Shown: piece by piece, positions 19,171 through 28,895 of the stretch
How positions within the stretch are numbered: position 1 is the stretch's first letter
Layout of the letters: every line of letters starts with the position of its first letter
Origin: Candidatus Caldarchaeum sp.
GTDB taxonomy: Archaea; Thermoproteota; Nitrososphaeria_A; Caldarchaeales; Caldarchaeaceae
DNA length: 64,000 nt
Reading direction: 5' to 3'
Assembly: GCA_033580815.1 (NCBI GenBank)
Contig: JAVQUC010000001.1
Span: 29,259-93,258, forward strand
The notes under the pieces: generated by a model
Database searches by the model: none
What the model was told of the DNA's origin: nothing
What the model saw: the letters and a program-made list of their open reading frames with translations, nothing else
Translations under genes and position numbers: made by a program

Positions 19171-20322
19171 TTGACCCGCATGGATGCCGGCTCGGTCGAA
19201 GTCTTTAAAGGACTGGAAAACGTCGTTTTGAAATCGACCGTCCTTTCCAACATTGAAGGAGATAAAGGGAAGCTGTATTACGTAGGATACCCCATCGAAG
19301 AACTAGCCGAAAACTCTTCGTATGAGGAAGTTTGCTTCCTTCTTCTCAACCGTCGTCTTCCGACGCGTGCCGAACTGGAGGAATACAAAAAGGGCTTCAT
19401 AAGGGAGAGAGAGCTTCCGAGGGAAGTTTGGGAATTTGTCGGAAAGATTCCTCGTCACGCTCCGCTGATCAGCGTCTTGAGGACTGGTGTTGACCTTATG
19501 GCGCTTTATGATGGAGATGTGGAAGAGAGAGACCCATCACTCACTGAGTCGATAGCGATAAGGATTATTTCAAGGGTCGCAACATTTCTTGCGGCTGCTT
19601 ATCGTGATAGGCAAGGTCTTGAGCCTGTAGCTCCTTCAACAGACCTGCCTCACGCGGCCAACTTCCTCTACATGGCTACTGGTCGGAGGCCTTCGCCTAT
19701 CGAAGCTAAAATCATGGATGTTGCATTCATACTTCACGCTGAGCATGAATTGCCCGCCTCAACAACCGCCGCCCTCGTGGTTGCATCGACTCTTTCCGAC
19801 CTCTATTCCGCTGTTTCCGCGGCGATAGGTGCTCTAAAAGGCCCGCTCCATGGTGGTGCAAACGAAAAAGCTCTCGAAATGCTGGAAACAATAGGCGACC
19901 CGGCAAAAGCAGAAGAATACGTAATCAGGGAGCTGTCTGCGAAGCGTAGGATAATGGGGTTTGGTCACAGGGTTTACAAGAATTTTGACCCAAGAGCCTT
20001 GATTTTCAAGAAATACTTAATGCAGTTGTCAGAAATCAAGTCCGATTGGAGTTTACTGAAGATAGCGGATAAAGTAGAGCAAGCGATGCTCTCGAGAATG
20101 GGTGGAAGGTCTATTTTCCCGAACATCGACCTCTATTCTGGCCCTGTATTCCATCTGCTCGGGTTGAAGAAGGAAATTTTCACCCCAATTTTCGCTGCCG
20201 CGAGAACGGTTGGAATCATAGCTCACGTCATCGAATACTGGCAGGATAATAGGCTAATCAGGCCTAGAGCGGTTTATCGCGGGCCAGAGCCACGGCGGTA
20301 TGTTCCTATCGAGGAGCGATGA
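19171..20322 (+). CDS. gltA: Citrate synthase
   Basis: HAEHELPAST and GFGHRVYK signatures. Confidence 0.92.
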   Translation: MTRMDAGSVEVFKGLENVVLKSTVLSNIEGDKGKLYYVGYPIEELAENSSYEEVCFLLLNRRLPTRAELEEYKKGFIRERELPREVWEFVGKIPRHAPLISVLRTGVDLMALYDGDVEERDPSLTESIAIRIISRVATFLAAAYRDRQGLEPVAPSTDLPHAANFLYMATGRRPSPIEAKIMDVAFILHAEHELPASTTAALVVASTLSDLYSAVSAAIGALKGPLHGGANEKALEMLETIGDPAKAEEYVIRELSAKRRIMGFGHRVYKNFDPRALIFKKYLMQLSEIKSDWSLLKIADKVEQAMLSRMGGRSIFPNIDLYSGPVFHLLGLKKEIFTPIFAAARTVGIIAHVIEYWQDNRLIRPRAVYRGPEPRRYVPIEER

Positions 20323-21022
20323 TGGAATTCCTCTTTATCGTTTGGACCTCGTTCACTCTGTATTTGTGAAAAGGTTGAACAGGTTTGTCTGCGTAGCAGA
20401 TGTACAAGGTGACCGAAAAATGCTGCGTCTGACTAATACTGGCAGACTACGGGACCTCTTGATTGAAGGCGCTGAAATTCTCTACAGAAGAGATCGGTCA
20501 AGTAAAACTGAGGGCGTCGTCGTTGGTGTGATGGCTCGTGATAACGCGGCGTTGATTGACACCCGAGAACAAGCGAGAGCCTTTGAAGCTGCTTTCTACC
20601 GAAAGCTAATACCATGGTTGGAGAGTTTCAGGGCCTTTAGGAGAGAGGCATCATTCCAGGGATCTAGGTTCGACTACGCTTTCGTTTACGGAGATCAGGA
20701 GGCTTTTCTCGAGCTCAAGTCAGCGGTTTACCTCCGTGAAGACGGTGCAGCCATGTATCCGGACACGGTCTCGGTTAGGGGGCGAACTCACATCGAGAAG
20801 TTGACGAAAATAGCGAAAACTCATCCAGCCTATGTCGTTTTCGTGGCAGCCCACCCAGATGCGAAGTTTTTCACTCCATGCGACCAAGCTGACCCCATGA
20901 TCAGGCCGTTGCTGATAAAAGCACGTAACGAAGGTGTAGTTGTGAAGGCCGTACAGATATTCTTGAGTGGCGACCACTGGGTCGTTTGGAGGAATTCGGA
21001 CCTTCGAGTGAGTTTAGATTGA
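20300..21022 (+). CDS. sfsA: SfsA family (sugar fermentation stimulation protein homolog, nuclease fold)
   Basis: FVKRLNRFVCVADV...NTGRLRDLL followed by LELKS. Confidence 0.8.
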   Translation: MFLSRSDDGIPLYRLDLVHSVFVKRLNRFVCVADVQGDRKMLRLTNTGRLRDLLIEGAEILYRRDRSSKTEGVVVGVMARDNAALIDTREQARAFEAAFYRKLIPWLESFRAFRREASFQGSRFDYAFVYGDQEAFLELKSAVYLREDGAAMYPDTVSVRGRTHIEKLTKIAKTHPAYVVFVAAHPDAKFFTPCDQADPMIRPLLIKARNEGVVVKAVQIFLSGDHWVVWRNSDLRVSLD

Positions 21023-21853
21023 TAGAGCTGAGGCGGCGAAAACTACAAACAACCAAGGGCTAGAGATCTTGAACGCTCTCCAAGCGGCGCTAGGTGAATA
21101 ACGTATGCATGGTCTGATGCTTTCGTAGATAAGCAAAGCCGAGACCGGAAGAACTACAGCCAAATAAACGATGTAGTTTTTCACGAAAAGGGATAGAAGC
21201 AGAGCAGCGATGACAGAGAGGACGTTTGAGATCAAAGATGCTTTCGATGTCAACTCTACCCCTTTGACAACCGGTAGCATTGGAATTCCAGCAGCCTCAT
21301 AGTCTTTGAAAGCGCGGGATGCCAGCGCCCAGAAATGACCCGGCGTCCAAAGGAAGACCAGCCCCGCCAGTAGTAGCGGAGCTAAAGTAAATTCATGTCC
21401 GGAGGCCGCCCAGCCTGCGAGTGGAGCACAACTGCCGGCGGCACCACCAATCACGATGTTCCACACCGAACGCCTCTTGAGCCATACAGTGTAAACCAGA
21501 ACGTAAATTGCCACGCCGAGGAAGATGAAAAATGATGCCAAGAGGTTTAGAGTCAAAGCTGAATATATGACCGACAGGACGACCATGGATACACCAAGAA
21601 TGAACGCCGCTCTGGGTTTTATCTTTCCAGATGGTAAAGGCCTTCCTGCGGTTCTTCTCATTTTGCTGTCGATGTCCTTGTCGAGATAATGGTTTAGCGC
21701 GCTTGCCCCCCCAACCGACAAATAGCCGGAAAAGATTAGATGGGGTACTCCGTTTACAGGACCCGACGCCAAAAAATAGGACGCTACGGCCGTGAATATG
21801 TTTAGCAGAGTTATTTTTGGTTTCGTCAGCGAGAGAAGATTGACGAGTGCCAT
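21014..21853 (-). CDS. ctaB: Protoheme IX farnesyltransferase (heme O synthase)
   Basis: UbiA-type motif NHYLDKDIDSKMRRTAGRPLPSG in a polytopic membrane protein. Confidence 0.88.
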   Translation of the reverse strand: MALVNLLSLTKPKITLLNIFTAVASYFLASGPVNGVPHLIFSGYLSVGGASALNHYLDKDIDSKMRRTAGRPLPSGKIKPRAAFILGVSMVVLSVIYSALTLNLLASFFIFLGVAIYVLVYTVWLKRRSVWNIVIGGAAGSCAPLAGWAASGHEFTLAPLLLAGLVFLWTPGHFWALASRAFKDYEAAGIPMLPVVKGVELTSKASLISNVLSVIAALLLSLFVKNYIVYLAVVLPVSALLIYESIRPCIRYSPSAAWRAFKISSPWLFVVFAASALSI

Positions 21854-21880
21854 GCTGAACCATGTGTGCAGCCGCTTAAT

Positions 21881-22744
21881 TTATAAGTTCTGAGAAATAA
21901 ACAGGCTGATGTAAGATAATGCTATTACTGCGGCCACAGCTCTTTCCCAGCCAACTCCTTTGGCGCTGACTAAAACGGCAGACAACGCGGCTAGTTGCCA
22001 GATGTGAACAAACACATAAACCCAGAAGGTCGCATCAGCGAAGGACACTTCGTTTATCAGTCCAAACCCGGACAAAAGAACGAAATAGGTCATCAGGAGG
22101 TTGGTTGGAGTCAAAGCTATTGGTACGGTCGCCGCTATGACACTTTCTCCACCCTTTTTAAAGCTGGTGGCTAGACCAGCCAACACCATGACCACGATAA
22201 GAAACAGCAAGTTCCCTCCAGCGGAGACCGCTGCCAGCTCGGGCGACGGAGCCTGTACGAAGTGTAGAAGTATTTGACCGTTCGATAGCCTCCAGCAAAG
22301 GAGAACGTATAGCATTGCCGAAATCATCGATACCGGTATCAGCGTCGCGTTCGAAAGCTGAACCTTCCGTAGCAACGGGTTGAGGGTGAATGCGTAGAAA
22401 ATTCGTTTGTAGCCCACCGGCTCGGACACGCTTGATTCAGCCAAAAAGTCGGAAATTTTCATCGAGTCCACTAACCGGAGGCCTTTCTCGCTGAGAGTGT
22501 ATCGTCGTTTGTCGGTTTTCACGACGAAAGGATGCATGAATTCTAGGTGGTAGTATAAGGTGCCCACACTGATACCCAAAAATTTCTTCAAATCCGTTGC
22601 AGCCAACGAACCGTTCTCCTTGAGTAACTTGATTATCTGACGTCTGACAGGGTTCTTCAACAGACTGTAGAAGAGAAGTTTTTCGTCCTTCTGTTCTAGT
22701 TGTTTAGAGCTGCTAACTAAATCTAGGTTTTCTTCCTGCACCAT
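21881..22744 (-). CDS. ArsR-type winged-helix domain fused to a polytopic membrane domain
   Basis: N-terminal NPVRRQIIKLLKENGSLAATDLKKFLGISVGTLYYHLEFM followed by about 6 hydrophobic helices. Confidence 0.65.
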   Translation of the reverse strand: MVQEENLDLVSSSKQLEQKDEKLLFYSLLKNPVRRQIIKLLKENGSLAATDLKKFLGISVGTLYYHLEFMHPFVVKTDKRRYTLSEKGLRLVDSMKISDFLAESSVSEPVGYKRIFYAFTLNPLLRKVQLSNATLIPVSMISAMLYVLLCWRLSNGQILLHFVQAPSPELAAVSAGGNLLFLIVVMVLAGLATSFKKGGESVIAATVPIALTPTNLLMTYFVLLSGFGLINEVSFADATFWVYVFVHIWQLAALSAVLVSAKGVGWERAVAAVIALSYISLFISQNL

Positions 22745-22845
22745 GCTGCTTGTCTATCTTCGAGTACATCGCTTTAAAGAGTTTTTTTCTAACAAATTAG
22801 AACGTAATTGCAATAAATAGAAGCTGCTCCCCAATCTTAGGGGGG

Positions 22846-24111
22846 TTGTACCGCCGCGGATTAGCTTCGGTCTTGACAGCCGTCACAGCCGTTGTAATGT
22901 TTTTTATACCCACAGTATCTGCAGGTCCGCGTTCCAATTATGATTCCGGACAACATGAAATTTTGGTTCAGATCCACAACCTGCTGGATGACTTTTCGAG
23001 GGTGGGAATAGAAATGTCTAACATAAAATCCTACATCTCGTTTTTGTTATCAGAACAAGAATCTGTCGGACCATTGTTGGCTTCTCACGTAGAGGGCCTC
23101 AAGAAAAAACTGGATGCCCTTTGGGTAATAGCGCAATCCTCACGTGACCGGGCGGCAAAGGCGGCCTATGCTTTGGATGAAGTATACGGATTGAAAGCGG
23201 CTGCAAAAGGCGTGTCCGGTTCGATGCTTGAAGCCGCAGAAAGGCTGATCGAACAGAGTCTGTTAACAAATGAAGCTAGTCGATCTGAGGAATTACTGAA
23301 CGACGCCGTAATACTGACTGAGGCGGTGAAAAACATCCTTCAAGGAAGAAAACTCGACATCCGTGTTTCCAAAAGCGACTTCTCCGACACCGGCGAGTCA
23401 GAGGTCAGCATTGCCTCTGTGGAGACTTCCAGAGGAACAGTAAAAATCTACCAGACAGAAGAAATCCAAAGATATTCGAACCAAACCATCGTTGTTACGA
23501 AAAATTCGTTCATAAGCTTAGGGAAAACAATAATAATCCAGAAAGAGGTGAATCGAAACATCGAACAAACGGCAAAGGATCCAGAAATTCTGGTAGGTAA
23601 AAACATAGAAATCGGCGCGGTTCTCAACATACGGAAAGCTCTAAACAAACCCATACTCGAGAAAATTGAGTACGATGTGGCTGTGTCAGATTACAGCCTT
23701 GAACGAAATCTCATACGACTCGTTCTTTCTTCGGAGAACGCGAGAAAGACGGGACGTTTAATCATCATTGACGTAGACAGGTCTACGATGAGGGAATTTC
23801 TTGCACGTGAGGTAATGGTAAGGGTTGATGGAACACCAGCCAAGCTCGCTTCTAGCTTAGTAGAGGTTCTCAACGGAGAAGTTGAAAGGCCTCTTTACTT
23901 TCTAGCAATAACTGGGAGAGGTGTCCAAATAGTCCTTTACATTCCAACTTGGTCGACTAAAGTCGTGCTCATCGGTCCGTCGTCATCGCTCACGTACCTC
24001 ATATCGATTCCTTCGGTTTTGGGCGGTGACGCGCAATTTTTGGCTACCACCGCGGCCGCAGTGATTTTTTTGACCACGTTGCTGATAACCCGTCTAAAGC
24101 GAGCAAGATAG
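22846..24111 (+). CDS. Secreted or surface-anchored hypothetical protein
   Basis: N-terminal signal/TM segment (LASVLTAVTAVVMFFIPTVSAG) and a C-terminal TM anchor followed by basic RLKRAR. TTG start. Confidence 0.6.
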   Translation: MYRRGLASVLTAVTAVVMFFIPTVSAGPRSNYDSGQHEILVQIHNLLDDFSRVGIEMSNIKSYISFLLSEQESVGPLLASHVEGLKKKLDALWVIAQSSRDRAAKAAYALDEVYGLKAAAKGVSGSMLEAAERLIEQSLLTNEASRSEELLNDAVILTEAVKNILQGRKLDIRVSKSDFSDTGESEVSIASVETSRGTVKIYQTEEIQRYSNQTIVVTKNSFISLGKTIIIQKEVNRNIEQTAKDPEILVGKNIEIGAVLNIRKALNKPILEKIEYDVAVSDYSLERNLIRLVLSSENARKTGRLIIIDVDRSTMREFLAREVMVRVDGTPAKLASSLVEVLNGEVERPLYFLAITGRGVQIVLYIPTWSTKVVLIGPSSSLTYLISIPSVLGGDAQFLATTAAAVIFLTTLLITRLKRAR

Positions 24112-24526
24112 ACCCGCGTCTGTCTTTCAAGTAAAACCTGACCAGTTTTTCAGTGAATTTGTCGAGCGGCAGCGTAATGGCCTTCCGCGGCTCGGCCCAG
24201 ACGTAGCCAACAACTTCGGAGCCGTCTACTTTCACCTCATCGGTCAAAGGCCTACACAACACGTCAACAAATATGAAATGTCTGTCCTTTTCACGGAATT
24301 GTTGGGGTCTGCGTACCTCCTGCAACGCTATGACTTTCAAGGGCCTGACTTTGAGACCAACCTCTTCAAAGGTTTCTCGAGAAACCGCGTCGAACAAGCT
24401 TTCCCCAAACTTTACATGGCCACCCGGTATCGAGTATCTATAATTCCATTTTGGGCTGACGATCAAAAGTATCCGATTCTCATCATCGACTATGAACGCC
24501 CCAACAGTAAGCTCTGGATGTTTCAA
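24044..24526 (-). CDS. NUDIX hydrolase
   Basis: Nudix box GGHVKFGESLFDAVSRETFEEVGL. Its start overlaps the valS stop by 4 nt. Confidence 0.85.
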   Translation of the reverse strand: MKHPELTVGAFIVDDENRILLIVSPKWNYRYSIPGGHVKFGESLFDAVSRETFEEVGLKVRPLKVIALQEVRRPQQFREKDRHFIFVDVLCRPLTDEVKVDGSEVVGYVWAEPRKAITLPLDKFTEKLVRFYLKDRRGSILLALDGLSATWSKKSLRPRW

Positions 24527-26850
24527 ACCTCGATCCGATGCATGGCCCTCAAGTCTTTTTCGAAAACCTTCAGTTCTGGTGAAATTTCAGCTGCCACAGG
24601 ATCCCTTAACGAGAGGTTCCGCGACTTCTTAATGCCCCATATCATCGAGTTGAACTCGTAGATTTTTTCCGAATATTTCGCGTAGGTTTGGGGCCATCTG
24701 GGTCGCGGGAAACGTTCTAGGTGTATGCTTGTTTTCCCGTAGAGTTTTCTCCAGATGAAATCTGTTATGAAGGGGGTTATGGGCGCGAGTAAGAGTAGAA
24801 CGTTCTTGAGTACCGTGTGGAGGGTGTAGTGGGCGGCGCTCTGCTCCGCAGGCGTGAATCCTTGACCATATGCCCTCGGCTTAGACATTTCAATATAATG
24901 GGATGCAAAGACATTCCATACGAACTTTCTAACCTCATTGGACGGTATGAAGAAGTTGAACTGGCGGTACCCATCTAAGCATGTTTCAATCGTTTTTGAA
25001 AGCTCTGCCAAGATCCATCTATCAGTCGGGGTCAAAGCCACCCGCCGCGGCTTTGGAAACATCGAGACATAACGAGCTATGTTCCAGAATTTCGACAAAA
25101 ATTTTCCAGCACCCGCAATCCTCGCTTCCGAAATTCTGAAATCTTCACCCAAGCTAGCCTCCTGAGCGGACCAAAAACGGAAGCAGTCTGCTCCGTATTT
25201 TTCGAGGATCGGTATCGGGTCGATAACGTTTCCTTTGCTTTTGCTCATCTTTTCACCGTGTTCATCCAGACCGAGCCCGCTTATCCAAACCTTGTGGAAT
25301 GGTTTCTTACCGGTAAGTTGGAAGCACCTCAGCACCGAGTAGTAAAGCCAAGTTCTAACGATCTCTTTTCCCTGCGGTCTTAAGGTGACTGGGTAAAGGT
25401 TTTCGTTGATTTTTCCGGTTTTTCGGTCGCTAATGATGAAAAGGGCAGAAATGCTTGAATCCATCCAAGTGTCGAATGTTCTTTCGTCGCCGACGAAGTC
25501 CCCGTTTCCGCATGAAGGACATCTATCGATGGGGGGCTTCTCCTTCCAGGGCTGATGGTATTCGCCGTCATCTGGCACATACGAATAGCCGCAGGACTTA
25601 CAATACCAAACGGGAATCTCTGTTGCGTAATACCTTCTTCTGGAAATGGGCCAGTCGATCGACAATGAGCTTATCCAGTTTAGGAGAAGCTGTCTCGAAT
25701 GGTCCGGCAGAAACTCCATCTCATGAGCGATTTTACGGAGGTCGTCGGCAAATTCCAGCTGTTTAAGATAGTACTCCTCCATCGGTATGATTTCTATCGG
25801 ATTTTTGCTTCTTTCGCATGTGGGTGTTGAATGAATTATATCCTCCGACCTTATGTAATAGTCTTGCTCACGCAGCCTCAGAACTATGGCTTCACGCGCT
25901 TGTTCAACCGTCAATCCGGCGAGGAAACCGGCGTTTTCGTTCATTTTTCCGTCGGAGTTGAGAACGATTTTTTCTTGAAGTTTGAGCTCTCGGAAGAGCC
26001 TCACGTCAGTGGTGTCTCCATAGCTGCAGACCATAACGGCGCCGGTGCCAAACTCTGGTTTTGCCTCGCTGTGTGGAATTATGGGCACGACCTCGTTGTA
26101 AAGGGGTGTAAAAGCCTTGCTGTAGTGAAAAGGCTTGTATCTTTGGTCTTCGGGGTTTACAATTACGGCCCTGCAGGCAGGAATTAACTCAGGCCTGGTA
26201 GTTGCTACCGGTATGTATCCGCCCTTTTCAAGAGGAAACTTGATGTAGTGGAGTTTCGCGGGAAGTTCTGTGTATTCGACCTCGGCGTCTGCGATGGTTG
26301 TCCCACAAACGTGGCAGAAGTTGTTAGGCCTCGAAGCTCTGTAGATCAACCCTTTTTTCCACAGCTTGACAAACGTTTTCTGGGTCAATCGACGATATTC
26401 ATGGGAATCAGTCCTGTAGCGGTTCTTGAAATCACCGCTTAACCCAGCCCGTTTCATTATCCAGAGCATTTCATTTTCAAGCTCGTCAAGCGATGTCGAG
26501 CAAAGCTCGATGAACTTTTCCCTAGGGAAATTGCGAATAGATATACCGTATTTCTTCTCTGTGTAAATCTCGACAGGCAGTCCGTTGCGGTCTATTCCGA
26601 TGGGGAACAGTGTCATGTAGCCGCTCATTCGAGCGGTTCGTGCAATCATGTCGATTTGGCTGTAGTGCGCTGCGGCGCCTATGTGCCATGGCCTTCCGCT
26701 CGGATAGGGTGGCGGGGTGTCGATTACAAACTTCTTCCGACGCGAACGTGGGTTAAACCGGTAAGGGTCCTCTTTTTCCCATAGCCTCAAAATTTCCAAC
26801 TCTAGGCTTGGGTTCCAGGACCTCTCCTCGATGACGGGCTTGAACTCCAT
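24523..26850 (-). CDS. valS: Valyl-tRNA synthetase (class I aaRS; Val assignment by length and motif pattern)
   Basis: PPPYPSGRPWHIGAAAHY (HIGH-like), GIDRNGLPVE, KMSKSKGN. The 775-aa length is typical of compact archaeal ValRS. Confidence 0.75.
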   Translation of the reverse strand: MEFKPVIEERSWNPSLELEILRLWEKEDPYRFNPRSRRKKFVIDTPPPYPSGRPWHIGAAAHYSQIDMIARTARMSGYMTLFPIGIDRNGLPVEIYTEKKYGISIRNFPREKFIELCSTSLDELENEMLWIMKRAGLSGDFKNRYRTDSHEYRRLTQKTFVKLWKKGLIYRASRPNNFCHVCGTTIADAEVEYTELPAKLHYIKFPLEKGGYIPVATTRPELIPACRAVIVNPEDQRYKPFHYSKAFTPLYNEVVPIIPHSEAKPEFGTGAVMVCSYGDTTDVRLFRELKLQEKIVLNSDGKMNENAGFLAGLTVEQAREAIVLRLREQDYYIRSEDIIHSTPTCERSKNPIEIIPMEEYYLKQLEFADDLRKIAHEMEFLPDHSRQLLLNWISSLSIDWPISRRRYYATEIPVWYCKSCGYSYVPDDGEYHQPWKEKPPIDRCPSCGNGDFVGDERTFDTWMDSSISALFIISDRKTGKINENLYPVTLRPQGKEIVRTWLYYSVLRCFQLTGKKPFHKVWISGLGLDEHGEKMSKSKGNVIDPIPILEKYGADCFRFWSAQEASLGEDFRISEARIAGAGKFLSKFWNIARYVSMFPKPRRVALTPTDRWILAELSKTIETCLDGYRQFNFFIPSNEVRKFVWNVFASHYIEMSKPRAYGQGFTPAEQSAAHYTLHTVLKNVLLLLAPITPFITDFIWRKLYGKTSIHLERFPRPRWPQTYAKYSEKIYEFNSMIWGIKKSRNLSLRDPVAAEISPELKVFEKDLRAMHRIEV

Positions 26851-26886
26851 TCCAGGTTAGTAAGCTGGAAGCTCGCAATTTAAAAA

Positions 26887-27192
26887 TTAGACCAACCCGA
26901 GGATTTCACGCGCCTCGTCGCTCATGCGGTCTGGCGTCCAGGGTGGGTCGAATACGATTTCGACGTCTACCTTCTCGACGCCTTCTACAAGAGTTGTGAC
27001 CGCTTCCTTCACTTGTTCAGCTACAAACGCTCCAACAGGACACCCGGGAGCAGTCAAAGTCATCTTAACGTAAACAGTCTTGTCGTCAACTATCTTGACG
27101 TCATAAACTAGACCCAGGTCGACTATGTTGACCGGTATTTCGGGGTCGTAGCAGTTTTTTAGAGCTTCCATAACCTGTTCGACGGTAGGCAT
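26887..27192 (-). CDS. DUF59/MIP18 (SufT-like) Fe-S assembly protein
   Basis: DPEIPVNIVDLGLVYDV...TLTAPGCP. I chose the start at the internal Met (MPTVEQV), which sits about 26 nt from a TATA box. Confidence 0.8.
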   Translation of the reverse strand: MPTVEQVMEALKNCYDPEIPVNIVDLGLVYDVKIVDDKTVYVKMTLTAPGCPVGAFVAEQVKEAVTTLVEGVEKVDVEIVFDPPWTPDRMSDEAREILGLV

Positions 27193-27213
27193 CGGTATCT
27201 CTTTCGACGTGAT

Positions 27214-27223
27214 GTATATAAAC
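27214..27223. promoter_or_regulatory. Shared near-palindromic TATA box for the divergent DUF59 and pfpI genes
   Basis: GTATATAAAC lies about 22-26 nt from both start codons (27192 minus strand, 27240 plus strand). This is consistent with leaderless transcripts. Confidence 0.4.
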
Positions 27224-27239
27224 GTGTCCGAACTAATCA

Positions 27240-27764
27240 ATGGCCGGAGGATATGAGTTGACTAAGGCATGCGTCTTGGTTGGGCCGGAGTTCGAAGACC
27301 TCGAGCTCTTCTACCCTGTTATCCGTTTGAAGGAGGAGGGGTTCGAGGTCGACATTGTCGGTCCTGAGAAAAAAGTTTACAGGGGGAAGCACGGTGTTGA
27401 AGTTGAGGCCAATAAATCTATCTCTGATGTCGGTGTCGAAGAATATGATTGTCTCGTCATTCCGGGGGGGTGGGCACCCGACAGGCTTCGCCGGGACAGT
27501 CGAATAGTCTCGTTCGTTTCACGATTTTTCAAGACCGGCAAACCGGTCGCCGCCATTTGCCACGGGCCACAGCTCCTAATCTCTGCCAAGGTTTTGAAAG
27601 GTTATCGGCTCACTAGCTCCGCTGCAGTTAAAGACGATGTCGAAAACGCTGGAGGGGTTTTCGAAGACAAGCCTGTAGTGGTCGACAGAAACCTGATAAC
27701 CTCTAGAAACCCAGGAGATTTGCACGTCTTCGTAAAAGCTTTACTGCAGGAGATCAAGAAATGA
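27240..27764 (+). CDS. pfpI: DJ-1/PfpI family intracellular protease
   Basis: AAICHGPQLL nucleophile elbow and VIPGGWAP. Confidence 0.9.
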   Translation: MAGGYELTKACVLVGPEFEDLELFYPVIRLKEEGFEVDIVGPEKKVYRGKHGVEVEANKSISDVGVEEYDCLVIPGGWAPDRLRRDSRIVSFVSRFFKTGKPVAAICHGPQLLISAKVLKGYRLTSSAAVKDDVENAGGVFEDKPVVVDRNLITSRNPGDLHVFVKALLQEIKK

Positions 27765-28895
27765 CTCAGTTTGTGATCGAGGAGAGGTATGACCTAGGAG
27801 AGCTCGTGACCTTCAAACCCAACGTGAACCAGCCACGCCATCGCTGGTTTTTTCTTTAAAGAAGGTTTCTCGACGCAATTCGTCCGTCTCATGCTGCATG
27901 AGCTGGGAGCGAGTCAAGCTCATACTGTTTTAGACCCCTTTAGCGGTGTTGGCACAACCTGTCTGACTTGTAGCGAGCTGGGGATTCGGTCGGTCGGAGT
28001 AGATGTTTCTCCCCTTTTCGTCTTCGTCTCTGTGGTCAAGACAAGACATTATGATGCAGAGGCGCTACGAAGGGCTAGAAACCTTTTGTTTCAATTAAAG
28101 TTCGAGAAACCCGAAGTAAGCATCAGGGGTTTTCTGCGAACCCTCTATCCGAAAGCGGTTCTTGAAGACCTTCTCTTTTTCAAGAGTGCTGTCGAAACAA
28201 TCGGAGACGATACAATACGGGATTTTTTCATTCTGGCTCTCATGACTGCCGCTGAAAAATCGTCGTACATGGTGAGGGACGGCGCCGTCATTAAGGTGGT
28301 GAAGAACAAACCAAGGATACCGTCTTTCAGAAAAGCTTTCCGCAGAACCGTTAACATGATGATCAAGGATGTGGAGAAGAATCCGCTGACCGACGCTGCC
28401 TGCGATATACGAGTCGGCGATGCAAGAAAAATGGATTTCCTCGGGGATGAATGCGTTGACGCCGTGATTACTTCGCCCCCCTATCTGAACAAAATTGAAT
28501 ATACGCGCTGCTACTGGCCGGAATATGAAATCTTTTTCCCGCACATCGAACACCAATCCATCCGCTCCTATGTAGGAGTAAGACCCGACAAGGTTGATTT
28601 TTCAAGATACTCCGGTGAGCACCCCATTTCGGCTGAAATGTACTTCGAAGACATGGCAAAGGCTTTTGGTGAGATGTATCGTGTTTTAAAAAGGGGCGGC
28701 CGTGCTGTCGTAGTTGTCGGTGGAGGAGTGTTCCCCGACAGAGTGATAGAAACTGACGTAGCCTTGGCTGAGATAGCTCATGAGATAGGGTTCGGAGTCG
28801 AGAAAATTGTGGCCGTGAACAGAAGAGTCGCGGCGGCCGACCGTGTTCGCAAAATTGGTGTATCGAGAGAGAGCATTTTGTATCTTAAGAAATGA
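27761..28895 (+). CDS. SAM-dependent DNA (N6-adenine/N4-cytosine type) methyltransferase, interrupted by a 1-nt frameshift in a T run
   Basis: Motif I DPFSGVGTT and motif IV ITSPPYLN lie in ORF 27891-28895. An ATG at 27761 (ATGA overlap with the pfpI stop) opens a frame (MTQFVIEERYDLGELVTFKPNVNQPRHRWFF) that joins ...FKEGFSTQFVRLMLHELG if one T of the T6 run (27848-27853) is removed. Confidence 0.75.
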
